Shown here piece after piece: positions 37,301 through 46,318 of a DNA stretch of 64,000 bases. How positions within the stretch are numbered: position 1 is the stretch's first letter; the number at the start of each line of letters is the position of its first letter. The notes under the pieces were generated by a model. That model was not told the DNA's origin. It saw only the letters and a program-made list of their open reading frames with translations, and searched no databases. Source of the stretch: Candidatus Latescibacterota bacterium (GTDB lineage: Bacteria; Latescibacterota; UBA2968); contig JAJEDY010000095.1 in assembly GCA_022821275.1 (NCBI GenBank), forward strand, positions 2,700-66,699. Direction: 5' to 3'. The position numbers were made by a program, and so were the translations under genes.

Positions 37301-37489
37301 AATAAAATAGTTGCCCTCGGTGTCTGTGGTCGCGCCCAGACGGGTACCAAGCACGACGACGTTTGCGCCGGGCAATACTTCTCCGGATTTGGCGTCTTTT
37401 ATTACGCCAGCAACCTTCCCCGTGGTACCTGCAAAGGCTTGAGATACCAGGAGAAGGACGAGCATACTGAAAAAACACATTCGCTTCAT
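34391..37489 (-). CDS. TonB-dependent receptor with N-terminal CarboxypepD_reg-like domain
   Basis: GKVAGVIKDAKSGEVLPGANVVVLGTRLGATTDTEGNYFILNVPPGMLEVQASMVGYA, a plug (IRGGYGFTAAYIIDGVDV) and a long barrel ending ...FFSLSIDY. Confidence 0.9.
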   Translation of the reverse strand: MKRMCFFSMLVLLLVSQAFAGTTGKVAGVIKDAKSGEVLPGANVVVLGTRLGATTDTEGNYFILNVPPGMLEVQASMVGYAKVTQTDVRVKIDQTTKLNFELTEETLEAAEILVMAERPPVELDLTGSKQALTTMDLELSWANSVEEAVETQSGVGVRGSIRGGYGFTAAYIIDGVDVRDGNTQSSFVVTNTAAIQEMEILTGGYNAEYGRANDGIINIVTRSARDRWHTTAKTRMRPRGKYHWGRNIYSEENVENQVITKEFFDKNDMGASWNNYWTEQGQNPTPEFNWQKYQEFTTPPEDMGNYADLDQWEWEGAAFGPISSNMDLLLSGKYLQGVTRWPSVFKYSPEWSALAKLNYNLTQNTKITASFNHQGTDNSGQPRLSYMSSDDMGGSMGNLPSGGIRTPFQREKWNSNGNSVITGNNSRVPPPQYIRTNAAMLKLTHVFSPRTFMDFRIQHYRMDYDAHYENLDTNPVLFQDQLDRTPVFLEPTWFPTSPVSTGGRRWQWPRDNAKLFANTWRTSINFDLTSQVNEYNLVKAGLSFDPQYIDTWYGGQFGSASQPFNKVPNRDYSPWDFTAYVQDQIEAEGMIVNLGLRLDMFNANRNVNYILWDPYALSSITDGNIAGGILSFDPDGPHAAKTPLQVAISPRVGIAHPITASTVLHFMYGHFNQRPPWVKIAGNKAIWNRGAPSDPSVQLPPNYDPNPNEDYNYIHWWGTGGNPEIGFEKMIQYEVGFDQDIAGVLGLDVTMYYKDAKDLTRRGFRQGREEETGNSSTLQFTLFMDPNNPQKQTPQSGFTNRGAFSMAGARLDARGLELELSTKRWQNVRLQLKYDLSYSSTGAYGPTSLYIPIQQPDGSIKQLGRDRYHGSGENNLELWNPHNTFKLNALLSTPNNFGPVMGNWFLNMHYTYASAQRYTYHPPGDTSTEPLNRSWKPYHRTNARLSKRFELVGGMKGEFAIDIHNVFNNKILKLFGGQDLFNYIEKGEMPVIKASYLTPDGASAEWVEPNQWTIYRPDLNPRELFFSLSIDY

Positions 37490-37693
37490 GTGTCAACTCC
37501 TTTGGTTGGGGTTTTGACGGGGATAATCCCGTCTAACGACTAGGTTTCTTTCTTTAAAAGCTATCAATTCTCAGCGCATAACGCCCTCCTTTGAAACGGT
37601 GACTTTCTTATACCTGTACAACTGGTCACAGTCCAGCGGTTTTGTCCTTCTTCCCCTTGTCTTCTGTATTCTCTGTGGATACTTTTTACCTTT

Positions 37694-37757
37694 TCATCTG
37701 CGTTCATCTGCATTCATCTGCGTTCATCTGTGGATGCTTTTGCCTTTTCATCTGTGG
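37694..37757. repeat. Array of 9-10-nt units (TCATCTGCGT / TCATCTGCAT / TCATCTGTGG)
   Basis: Read directly. The stop codon of the PhyH gene (37748) lies inside the last unit. Confidence 0.85.
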
Positions 37758-38557
37758 TTCAAATTGTCCGTTCTCAATATCCAGTCCAACGGGGTCCAGT
37801 CCATTTGGGGTGGTCCCGTTTTTGGGTTGTATTGATATTCTGGGTCTGCTTTTAGCCATCCGTGTAGCCCAACGCGTACGTGGTCGCCCCGGTTGGCGGA
37901 GCTGGCGTGTACCATGAGATAATGGCATATCGCCACGTCGCCCGCCTGCGCGACGATGGGTATTGGATCGTTGAGCGGGATGTCCGGCGCGCCCGTGCTG
38001 CCGGTTGTGCGCCATTTTTCTCCGAGGTCGATGTTGTTGGTATAAGCCCACGAAAATACCTGGCGCGGGCTGCCCGGCCATACGGTGAATGCGCCGTCGT
38101 GTGCATCCGTATCTGTGAGATAGGCCATGACGAGGAGGAGAAAGTGGGTGGGGTAGGCCGTGAGGCCATTGCCCTGGCGCGTGCCATCGATATGTGCGCC
38201 GCCCGGTTCAAATTGTTTGGGTCCCGGCTGCGGAAATCGCAATATGGGGCTTAATCCCGGCTCATTGGTAATAGCTGGTCCGGCCAGCTCTCGCACGATA
38301 GATTTTAGTTTGGGCGAGATACACATGGTCCGGTCAATCGCAATGCCTTCCTGAGTTACGTGCATGCCATTTTTGTCTTTGGGCCATGTTTTAGACTTAT
38401 CGGGCACGATGCCGGTTTTATTTTTTAATTCTTTTAGTCCCGCGCGCACGCGGTCCGGATTGACCAGTCCCGGGACGATGACAAATCCATCATTCACAAA
38501 TTGCGCGACCTGCGCTTGTGTGAGATGCGCTGTGCCTTCTGGTTTGGAAATAGACAT
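37748..38557 (-). CDS. Phytanoyl-CoA dioxygenase (PhyH) family oxygenase
   Basis: AQFVNDGFVIVPGLV...GGAHIDG...FTVWPGSPRQ...MVHASSANRGDHVRVG. Confidence 0.8.
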   Translation of the reverse strand: MSISKPEGTAHLTQAQVAQFVNDGFVIVPGLVNPDRVRAGLKELKNKTGIVPDKSKTWPKDKNGMHVTQEGIAIDRTMCISPKLKSIVRELAGPAITNEPGLSPILRFPQPGPKQFEPGGAHIDGTRQGNGLTAYPTHFLLLVMAYLTDTDAHDGAFTVWPGSPRQVFSWAYTNNIDLGEKWRTTGSTGAPDIPLNDPIPIVAQAGDVAICHYLMVHASSANRGDHVRVGLHGWLKADPEYQYNPKTGPPQMDWTPLDWILRTDNLNHR

Positions 38558-38587
38558 GGAAATGTCCGGAGTTTTTGAAGGTTGGTA

Positions 38588-39307
38588 TTACAATCCCGCG
38601 GGCAAGAGAATGAGTTCGGGTATTCGCGCACGCGCGGGCGTGGTCGCCACATATAAACAGGCATCGGCTACGTCTTCAGGCTTTAGTGCTTTGGCCATGA
38701 CTTCTGGGGGCGTGGGTACGGGGCGCTGCAAGACGATGGGGGTGTCGCACAATCCGGGGAAGATTACTGTGGTGCGAATGCCATTTTCTTGTTCTTCTTG
38801 AAATGTCCCGTGCGCCAGGCCAGACATGCCGTGTTTGGATGCCTGATAAGATACGCCGGATACATCGGGCGATTGTACGCATCCAGAAGAAAGATAGATG
38901 ATCAGGCCCGATTGCTGTTTTCGCATGGTGGGTAAGACCGCTTTTGTGCAGTTGAATGCGCCGGTCAGATTTGTGCCGATCATCATTTCCCAGGTTTCGT
39001 GGGTTAAGACTTCAAGGCTGCGGTCCGGGATGTTCGTTCCCGTGGCGTACACGAGGATATCGATTTGCCCGAATTTATCCAGTGTCGTCTGGATTAAGTG
39101 GTTTACTTGCGCTATATCCCGCGCGTCTGTGGGACATGAGATTGCGCGGTTTCCTATTTCTGCTGATAGGTTGTCTAATTTGTCTTTGCTTCGCGCTGCC
39201 AGTACCACGCTGGCGCCTGCCTGAGCATAAGATCGCGCGGTCGCTTTTCCCATTCCCGAACTGCTTCCCACTATGATAGCGACTTTGTTTTCCAGCGCAA
39301 GATGCAT
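38588..39307 (-). CDS. SDR family oxidoreductase
   Basis: VAIIVGSSSGMGKATA (glycine-rich NAD(P) motif) and the catalytic YQASK. Confidence 0.9.
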   Translation of the reverse strand: MHLALENKVAIIVGSSSGMGKATARSYAQAGASVVLAARSKDKLDNLSAEIGNRAISCPTDARDIAQVNHLIQTTLDKFGQIDILVYATGTNIPDRSLEVLTHETWEMMIGTNLTGAFNCTKAVLPTMRKQQSGLIIYLSSGCVQSPDVSGVSYQASKHGMSGLAHGTFQEEQENGIRTTVIFPGLCDTPIVLQRPVPTPPEVMAKALKPEDVADACLYVATTPARARIPELILLPAGL

Positions 39308-39474
39308 AAATTCTCCTTCGGATTGGACTCACTCAAATACAGTTATATAAAATAATAAGGTCTATAAATACGCGCAAGAGTGAATGAAGAGGTGGTTGCA
39401 TGCACATGCTCAGAACCGTATCTTTTACTTTCAATGGGAGATTTGTAGATACTGAAAAACCGAAAGGACAAAAG

Positions 39475-40827
39475 ATGAGCGATTTGTTGATCGAAAAATA
39501 TATGGCAAAGACGCCAAGATCACGCGCTTTGTACCAGCGGGCACGGGAGACTTTTCCCAGTGGGGTGACGCATGATACGCGCTATTTGATGCCTTATCCG
39601 CTTTCTATTGCTCGGGCACAGGGTGGGCGAAAGTGGGATGTGGATGGGTGTGAGTATGTCGATTATTTTGGGGGGCACGGTGCGCTGATTTTGGGGCATA
39701 ATCATCCGGAGGTGACAGAGGCGGTGCGGGAGCAGTTGAGCAGGGGAACGCATTACGGGGCGTCGCACGAGTTGGAACTCGAATGGGCAGAGCAGATTAT
39801 TCGGATGGTGCCGTGCGCGGATAAGGTGCGTTTTACGTCGTCGGGGACAGAGGCGAGTCTTTTGGGGTTGCGCGTTGCGCGGGCTTTTCAGAATAAGTCT
39901 AAGATTCTGCGTTTTACGACGAATTTTCACGGGTGGCACGATCAGGTGGCTTTTGGCGCTTCGTCCAGTTTTGATGGTACGCCTCCGAGCGGTATTACGG
40001 AGGATCATGTCGAAAATGCCGTGTTGTGTGAGCCGAATAATATCGATCAGGTTACACAGGCGCTTGATAGTCGGGACGATATTGCTGCGGTTATTCTGGA
40101 GCCTACGGGTGCGAGTTTTGGGCGCGTTCCCACGCAGGGCGATTTTTTGCGCCAGCTTCGCGCGGTTACCCGCGAGTACGGGGTTTTGCTCATTTTTGAT
40201 GAGGTGATTACGGGGTTTCGCGTTGCGCCAGGGGGTGCGCAGGAATATTATGGGGTGACGCCAGATCTGGCTCTTTTTGCGAAGATTGTTGCGGGAGGGT
40301 TTCCCGGTGGCGCGATTGCGGGTCGCGCGGATTTGCTCGATGTGATGACGTATCGCGACGATGCTTCGTGGAATGACAGATACCGCGTGCCACACCAGGG
40401 TACGTTTAATTCCAATCCGGTTTCAGCGCGTGCGGGGTTGACGACGCTTAAAATTGTTGCGGAAGATGAGATTACTGAGCGCGCTAATCGGAATGGCGAG
40501 GTGTTGAGAAACGCGCTCAATGATGTGATTCAGAGACGCGGGCTGAACTGGCTTGTGTACGGCGAGTTTTCGGGGTTTCAATTTTTGCCGTTGTCCGAGG
40601 ATCAGACGTACACCTGTTCGGATATTTACGATGGTACAGTGCCCCATTCTGTTCTCAAGGGCGGGATTTCGATGAAGCAGATTTACTATCTTCGCTGCGG
40701 TTTGATTGCAGAGGGCGTCGATGTGATGCCCTGGCCCGGTGGCGTTATTTCTGCTGTTCACAGCGATGCGGATATCGATCAGACGGCTCAGGCGTTTGAT
40801 CGGGTGCTTAAGGCGTTTAAGGGCTAA
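39475..40827 (+). CDS. Class-III (GSA-aminomutase-like) PLP aminotransferase
   Basis: DVDGCEYVDYFGGHGALILGHNHP...FDEVITGFRVAPGGAQEYYGVTPDLALFAKIVAGGFPGGA. Start MSDLLIEKY with AAAGGA upstream. Confidence 0.85.
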   Translation: MSDLLIEKYMAKTPRSRALYQRARETFPSGVTHDTRYLMPYPLSIARAQGGRKWDVDGCEYVDYFGGHGALILGHNHPEVTEAVREQLSRGTHYGASHELELEWAEQIIRMVPCADKVRFTSSGTEASLLGLRVARAFQNKSKILRFTTNFHGWHDQVAFGASSSFDGTPPSGITEDHVENAVLCEPNNIDQVTQALDSRDDIAAVILEPTGASFGRVPTQGDFLRQLRAVTREYGVLLIFDEVITGFRVAPGGAQEYYGVTPDLALFAKIVAGGFPGGAIAGRADLLDVMTYRDDASWNDRYRVPHQGTFNSNPVSARAGLTTLKIVAEDEITERANRNGEVLRNALNDVIQRRGLNWLVYGEFSGFQFLPLSEDQTYTCSDIYDGTVPHSVLKGGISMKQIYYLRCGLIAEGVDVMPWPGGVISAVHSDADIDQTAQAFDRVLKAFKG

Positions 40828-40829
40828 TT

Positions 40830-41396
40830 TTATATCTTAATCCGAACATTCCGAAAGTCAATGGGGCTGCGGTGGTTTTGCAGGCCGATGTATCCGGTTT
40901 TTAAGCGGTCTTTGAGGTCTGGATATTTGCTTGTGTCACAGGATATGACTTCGCGTCCGTTGATGATGACGTTTACCATTGTTCCCTGGCAGGATACTTC
41001 AATGGCGTTCCACTCTCCCGCCGGGTGAGACGGGTCAACGGTGGGGGCGACCGCGTCGTAGATGGCGCCGTTTGATTTATTGTTGAGTGGCTCGTGCGGT
41101 ACGTCGTAAATTTGTATTTCCATTCCCTGATAGGCGGGGCGCCCTTCTTCGCTCGTCCGCAGGAAGATTCCGCTGTTTCCTCCCGCGCTGTTTCGATAGT
41201 CCAGGCGCAATACAAAGTCTGTGTACATGGCTTTGGGGCGAATCCATCCCCTGCCTTCGCCATTGCATACCATCAGTCCGTTTTGGACTTCCCAGCCTTC
41301 TTCCGGTCCGATAATTTTCCAGTCATTCAGGTCCTTGCCGTTGAATAAGGGCGCAAATCCCTCCGCTTGTTCTTCTGGGGATAGGTGTGTTGCCAT
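40830..41396 (-). CDS. DUF1080 / 3-keto-disaccharide hydrolase-like lectin-fold protein
   Basis: FNGKDLNDWKIIG...GWEVQNGLMVC...DFVLRLDYR...NSGIFLR...GYIGLQNHRSPIDFRNVRIK. Confidence 0.85.
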   Translation of the reverse strand: MATHLSPEEQAEGFAPLFNGKDLNDWKIIGPEEGWEVQNGLMVCNGEGRGWIRPKAMYTDFVLRLDYRNSAGGNSGIFLRTSEEGRPAYQGMEIQIYDVPHEPLNNKSNGAIYDAVAPTVDPSHPAGEWNAIEVSCQGTMVNVIINGREVISCDTSKYPDLKDRLKTGYIGLQNHRSPIDFRNVRIKI

Positions 41397-41518
41397 TGGA
41401 GTTCCTCCGTAAATAATGATTGGTTCGTAACCTTTGGTGCAGGTTATCCATATAGTAAGGGCCTATATAGGGTTATAATCGTCATTGCGGCATGCTTAAA
41501 GCCGCAATCCACACGCCT

Positions 41519-42706
41519 CTACTCTGCACCAGTTTCTCGCCATTTGATGAGGGCGTGGGCGACGGTTTCTACCATTTCTTTGACGTCGGCGTTGTGCGCG
41601 TCAATGCTGTCGGGGATGGCTTGCAAAAAGGTGCGGATTGTGCCAGCTTGTTCGCAGATGTGTTTGTCGCCATAGACGTTGTGTTCGGGTTGTCGCGGGT
41701 CGATCAGTACTTTTCGATTTTTTAATGGTTCAATGTGGTAGTTTTCGAAGATTGCTTGTTCGAGGATTTCCGCTTTTGTCCGAAGATGGTGCGGCATGGA
41801 TGCTTTGTCGTGCATGCCAATGCTTCGCGTGAAGTCTGGTCGCGTGAAGTGGGCGTGGACTTCGATGGATGCATCTGGTTTTTTTTCGAGGAAATACTGC
41901 CACAGTGCCGCGGTTTCTCTGGGTGCGCTTTTGCCTTCTACGAGGTGGTTGATTCCGAATTTCGGTACTTCGCCCATGGCATTGGTTACGCTGCGTCCTT
42001 CGCAAACGCCGTCGGGATTTGTGATGGGCATGAGGCAGAATTGTATGTGGTCTAATAATCTCTGTGTGCGTGCGGTTGGGATGGTCAAGCTGTGGGCTAT
42101 GTGCAAGATGCCCCATGATACGGGTTCGCACGATTGCATTGTGGCATCGACGAGTAGGGTCAGGTCGCGCGGTTCGGTTTCCAATACGCAAATTGGTCGT
42201 CCCCGAGCAGAGTGGCCGATTTCCAGGTATGTCCAGATGTCGTATTGTTCGGATAGTTGTCGCGCTTTTTCGCAGATGACGGATGGGTCTTCATAAGGGG
42301 CAGATGCGATGCGGATGGTTTCTCCGGGTTGGATGTGAACGGATATGTCGATGTGTTCTGCCGGGTGAAAGTCCGTGTTTTCATAAGGCACCCACGCCCA
42401 TCCCGTGTTTTCTCGCCAGATACACCAGGGGGGATACATGTAGCTCGCGCCTTTTTTGCTGAGTAGAAATCGCAATGTTGCCCACTTTGCGCGGTTTCCG
42501 ATATGACGCACGCGCACATGCGCCATGTATTCTTTGGGTACGCCTGCGCCGTCGAATAGTTCGTCTAACAGGTCCTGGAACCATTGGGGGATTTCTTCTG
42601 GTTTGTATCCGATTTCACTTATGCCGGTTTCTATGATCCGCATTTCTCCGGCACTGCTGCACGGAAAGTCGTAGTCGATGATGATGTCGTTGTTTTCGAG
42701 TTTCAC
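41519..42706 (-). CDS. M14 carboxypeptidase-fold protein with altered zinc motif
   Basis: IGHSARGRPICVLE...LMPITNPDGV...IEVHAHF is M14-like, but the HxxE position reads QSCE. Confidence 0.4.
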   Translation of the reverse strand: MKLENNDIIIDYDFPCSSAGEMRIIETGISEIGYKPEEIPQWFQDLLDELFDGAGVPKEYMAHVRVRHIGNRAKWATLRFLLSKKGASYMYPPWCIWRENTGWAWVPYENTDFHPAEHIDISVHIQPGETIRIASAPYEDPSVICEKARQLSEQYDIWTYLEIGHSARGRPICVLETEPRDLTLLVDATMQSCEPVSWGILHIAHSLTIPTARTQRLLDHIQFCLMPITNPDGVCEGRSVTNAMGEVPKFGINHLVEGKSAPRETAALWQYFLEKKPDASIEVHAHFTRPDFTRSIGMHDKASMPHHLRTKAEILEQAIFENYHIEPLKNRKVLIDPRQPEHNVYGDKHICEQAGTIRTFLQAIPDSIDAHNADVKEMVETVAHALIKWRETGAE

Positions 42707-43693
42707 TCAACACACCATTCCGCGTTTGGCGCGAATGCCATGGGCAGGTGGGTCGTCGCCAATCCAGCGTTCGTCAACGGGGTCCGATGCGAGTTGATAT
42801 CGCGTGTCGGATGATATGCGGTATTGTTTGGAGTGGTTGTCGGAGCTTGAGTGGAGGGTGTACATCGAAAATATCAGCAGGTCTCCCATTTCGTATTCCG
42901 ATACCAGCCAGCGTCCGCCCAGTTCTTTGCGGGTGGCTATCGCATTAGAGGAATAAGATCCGGTCGAGTTCCACTTTACAGAAGCCCGCTCTTGATGGGT
43001 CAGGTTCCGCCCTTCGGCGCGTGCGCGTTCTATAATTTCCTGGGCATCGCCTTTGTTTTCACAGTATAGATCGACGTCTGTTGAGCCATATCCCGATTTT
43101 AGATCGTGTAATTTGTGTGAGTTTTCGAGCAGCATCAATCCACCCATGTAGGAGGGTACATCGCCATAGGGTATCCAGGCGGTGTAGAGGTTTTTTGTTC
43201 CGCGGCCCATATAGACGATGTCGCAGTGTGGATTGGTGGCGGTGTGCAGTCCGGGTTGTTTGGCTCGAAACCAGGTGTAGTCAAAGTAGCGCGCAGTCCC
43301 GCCGAAAAAGAAATCGAAAAACGACATGAGCGGGCCTTCGTGGATTACTTTGTCCAGGGGGGGATTGTTGCGCGCGAGTAAGGGCATGAACGATCCCGTT
43401 GCGCGGCCGTCAATTTTCTTTTTTGAGGCTGCAATGCCGTCGATTGCCGGATAGCGTTCGTCTAAGACACCCGCGCCCATGAGTCGGTCCATGATTTCCT
43501 GACGAGCGGCTAAGACTTCGTCTTTGTTCAGGTGATTTTTGAGAAATAAATAGCCATCGTCCGCCATTCGGCGGTGGAGTTCGTCGCGATCATCTATCGC
43601 GTCATTGGATTTGCGTAGGCCGCCAAAGTCGTCCAGCGAGTGGCCCAGGGGTTCGCCCTGGTACGTGAGTTTTAATGCTTTTTCCATTTCCAT
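42707..43693 (-). CDS. Phytanoyl-CoA dioxygenase (PhyH) family oxygenase
   Basis: DGYLFLKNHLNKDEVLAARQEI...NPHCDIVYMGRGT...LLIFSMYTLHSSSDNHSKQYRISSDTRY. Confidence 0.75.
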   Translation of the reverse strand: MEMEKALKLTYQGEPLGHSLDDFGGLRKSNDAIDDRDELHRRMADDGYLFLKNHLNKDEVLAARQEIMDRLMGAGVLDERYPAIDGIAASKKKIDGRATGSFMPLLARNNPPLDKVIHEGPLMSFFDFFFGGTARYFDYTWFRAKQPGLHTATNPHCDIVYMGRGTKNLYTAWIPYGDVPSYMGGLMLLENSHKLHDLKSGYGSTDVDLYCENKGDAQEIIERARAEGRNLTHQERASVKWNSTGSYSSNAIATRKELGGRWLVSEYEMGDLLIFSMYTLHSSSDNHSKQYRISSDTRYQLASDPVDERWIGDDPPAHGIRAKRGMVC

Positions 43694-43796
43694 TATGTGC
43701 CTCCAGGATATTTTGTTGTGCTTTTTAATATAAGAAAATATTTTAGATAAACAATCCCCAGTCCCCAGCCCCCAGCCCCTTCTTTAAGGAGTTTTT

Positions 43797-44540
43797 ATGT
43801 TTCTCGCCAATATGACTTCTCCCGATGTCGATGCTTTGTCGCGGGATCTGGTGGTTATTATACCCGTGGCGTCAATTGAGCAACACAGTCTGCATTTGCC
43901 CGTGTTTACCGATTCGATGATTCTTCAGGAGGTGGTCAATCGCATTGAGAAGCGGTTGTCTCGGGATGTGCTTATTCTGCCCGTTATGTGGCTGGGGTAT
44001 TCGCAGCATCACATGAAGTATCCCGGTACGGTTTCTGCGTCGTCTGAGACGCATCTGGCGATTATGAACGATGTTCTCGTTTGTATGATTGAACACGGTT
44101 TTTCGCAGTTTCTTTTGATTAATAGCCACGGGGGCAATGAACCCAATATTTCGGTTTTGCGACAGCGCGTTATGGAGGGGTATGAAGATGTCAATCTTTT
44201 CACGACGACGCCGTATGCCGAGCCGTCGAGTAAAAAAATAAATGAGATTTTGACGTTGGGATCAAAGGGGTCCGGGCATGCAGGCGAGTGTGAGACCGCT
44301 ATGATTATGGCGATAGATCCCGATCTGGTGAAAACAGATGCTTTACACGAGGATGGTCAGCGCCGCCGGGAGAGTATTCCGGGTTTGCGTCTGTACAAGC
44401 GGTTTGATCAGAATACCGAGCACGGGGGGTTGGGCGATCCGCGTCCTGCGACGGCAGAGATGGGTGAGCAGATTTTTCAAGTTGCCGAAGATTTTCTGGT
44501 TGATGCGATACGGAAAATTTATCGGGGTGGAAGAGGTTAG
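43797..44540 (+). CDS. Creatininase family amidohydrolase
   Basis: IPVASIEQHSLHLPVFTD...INSHGGN...GHAGECETAMIMAI. Confidence 0.85.
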   Translation: MFLANMTSPDVDALSRDLVVIIPVASIEQHSLHLPVFTDSMILQEVVNRIEKRLSRDVLILPVMWLGYSQHHMKYPGTVSASSETHLAIMNDVLVCMIEHGFSQFLLINSHGGNEPNISVLRQRVMEGYEDVNLFTTTPYAEPSSKKINEILTLGSKGSGHAGECETAMIMAIDPDLVKTDALHEDGQRRRESIPGLRLYKRFDQNTEHGGLGDPRPATAEMGEQIFQVAEDFLVDAIRKIYRGGRG

Positions 44541-44551
44541 TGTGCGTGTAG

Positions 44552-44571
44552 GGGCGAGGCATGCCTCGCCC
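44552..44571. repeat. Perfect 20-nt palindrome GGGCGAGGCATGCCTCGCCC (copy 2)
   Basis: Identical to 30993-31012. It lies 12 nt after the creatininase stop. Confidence 0.9.
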
Positions 44572-44635
44572 ATTTTGGGACAGATTTAAAACCCGCCCGT
44601 ACAAAACAAGCTGATGTCCGATAGATAATTTTAAA

Positions 44636-44680
44636 ACTAAAAAAGCCCGCACACAGAACCGTGCGGGCTTTGTCGTTTGT
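44636..44680. terminator. Bidirectional intrinsic terminator between convergent genes
   Basis: AAAAAAGCCCGCAC-acagaacc-GTGCGGGCTTTGTCGTTTG: a 9-bp GC stem with an A-run on one side and a T-rich tract on the other. Confidence 0.7.
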
Positions 44681-44687
44681 ATCGCGC

Positions 44688-45170
44688 CTAAAATGGCAGG
44701 TCGTCGTCTGCGGCATAAGAGGGTGGCTCTGGGGCAGATGTATCGTCCGATGCAGAATCTGTTGGCTGTGATCTTGACTGCCCTCCGCCCTGGGCCCCGC
44801 CACCGCCATAGCTACCGTCCATACCGTCCATTTCGCCGCGGGCATCGAGCATTTGCATGTCGCGGGCAACCACTTCGGTGGTGTAGCGCTTTAGCCCATC
44901 TTGCCCTTCCCAACTGCGCGTTTGCAATTTGCCTTCGATATAGACTTTGCTACCTTTGCGCAAATACTGGTTGCAGATTTCGGCCAAACGGCCCCATACC
45001 ACAATGCGGTGCCATTCGGTGCGTTCTTGTCTTTCGCCACTGCTATCGGTCCAGCTTTCGTTGGTGGCGATGCTGAAGTTCGATACGGCTGTGCCTCCTG
45101 GCGTGTATCGAAGCTCGGGATCGGCGCCAGAATTACCGATCAAGATGACTTTGTTGACTCCTCGTGCCAT
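44688..45170 (-). CDS. ssb: Single-stranded DNA-binding protein
   Basis: [40 protein letters not shown]...[14 protein letters not shown]...[17 protein letters not shown], a Gly-rich tail and a C-terminal DDDLPF. Confidence 0.95.
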   Translation of the reverse strand: MARGVNKVILIGNSGADPELRYTPGGTAVSNFSIATNESWTDSSGERQERTEWHRIVVWGRLAEICNQYLRKGSKVYIEGKLQTRSWEGQDGLKRYTTEVVARDMQMLDARGEMDGMDGSYGGGGAQGGGQSRSQPTDSASDDTSAPEPPSYAADDDLPF

Positions 45171-45341
45171 ACGTGGCCTCCTTAGGATTAAGTGTGCGTT
45201 TCAGGGATCATGGCACGACCCTGTATAACTTATAGTACGAATATACTTTTGCATGTGGGATTTGTCAAGGCGACATTGGCTAAAATAATGGCGAGGGGTG
45301 TTGCGATATCCTATATTGGATACATATCTAAAGGAGGTGCT

Positions 45342-46289
45342 ATGAAATATCGCATATTGGGACGCACGGGTTTGAAGGTTTCGATTATGGGTATTGGCGG
45401 GGGTGGGCCTACGCAAATGGGGCAAAAGACGGGTGTCGATCAGGCGGGTGTGAATCGTCTGGTGCAGCGCGCGCTGGATCTCGGTATCAATTTTTTTGAT
45501 ACGGCTGCAGCGTATGGCGAGAGTGAGACGATTCTCGGAAACGCGCTTAAGGGTGTGCCGCGCGATGATTATATTTTGGCGACTAAATTTCACGCCCATC
45601 TTCACAATAGCGGTGAGCTTGTGAGTCCAGAGGATGTCGTCGATTCTATTGAGCGCAGTTTGAAGCGGTTGCAGGTGGATTATGTCGATGTGATGCAGTG
45701 GCACGGTGTTCGTCCATACCATTATTCTGAGGCTATTGAGCAGTTGTGGCCCACGGTGGAGAGGTTGAAAGATCAGGGGAAGTTCGGGTTTATGGGGGTG
45801 AGTGAGACGTATGCCGAAGACCACAAGCACGAGATGTTTTCTATGGCTTTGGCGGATGATTTGTTCGATACGGCTATGGTGGGTTACAATTTGTTGAGTC
45901 CAACGCCCGAGCACGAGGTTTTGCCTATGTGTCAGGAGCGAGATGTGGGCGTGATTTGCATGGTTGCTGTTCGGCGGTCACTGGCTCGGCCCGATGTGCT
46001 TGAGGAGCGCATTGCGTATGCGAAGGATAAGGGGTTGATTGCGCGAGATGCGCTGGAAGATGAGGATCCGTTGGGGTGGTTGGTTAAGGGCGATGTTACG
46101 TCATTGCCTGCGGCGGGCTATAAGTATGTGAACGCACATCCCGCGATGGGTGTGGTGCTGTCGGGTACGGCAAATATCGACCATTTGGAGGAGAATGTGA
46201 AGGCGATTCTCGGCCCGCCTTTGCCGGATGAAGATATGGCGCGGTTGCGGTCTATTTTTGGCGATGTGTGGGAGCCGTTGGGAAATTGA
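45342..46289 (+). CDS. Aldo/keto reductase
   Basis: MKYRILGRTGLKVSIMGIGGGG...INFFDTAAAYGESE. AAGGAGG lies 6 nt upstream of the ATG at 45342. The track start at 45192 is an unsupported extension. Confidence 0.85.
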   Translation: MKYRILGRTGLKVSIMGIGGGGPTQMGQKTGVDQAGVNRLVQRALDLGINFFDTAAAYGESETILGNALKGVPRDDYILATKFHAHLHNSGELVSPEDVVDSIERSLKRLQVDYVDVMQWHGVRPYHYSEAIEQLWPTVERLKDQGKFGFMGVSETYAEDHKHEMFSMALADDLFDTAMVGYNLLSPTPEHEVLPMCQERDVGVICMVAVRRSLARPDVLEERIAYAKDKGLIARDALEDEDPLGWLVKGDVTSLPAAGYKYVNAHPAMGVVLSGTANIDHLEENVKAILGPPLPDEDMARLRSIFGDVWEPLGN

Positions 46290-46318
46290 TCCGCAGATGG
46301 ACGCAGATGGACGCAGAT
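46289..46318. repeat. Array ATCCGCAGATGG-ACGCAGATGG-ACGCAGAT directly after the AKR stop codon
   Basis: Read directly. The inverse-oriented array is at 46407-46436. Confidence 0.85.

Noticed and set aside
39520-40395. 291-aa minus-strand ORF. Similar ORFs lie at 45201-45914, 49618-50172, 50236-50898, 50944-51492, 52670-53515, 54032-54928 and 63114-63521.
   Set aside because: All lie antisense to plus-strand genes with clear family signatures, and all share the same biased composition. They are shadow ORFs.
41077-41412. Several 60-96-aa ORFs on both strands within the DUF1080 gene region
   Set aside because: They overlap a gene with a clear family signature, are short, and have no start context.
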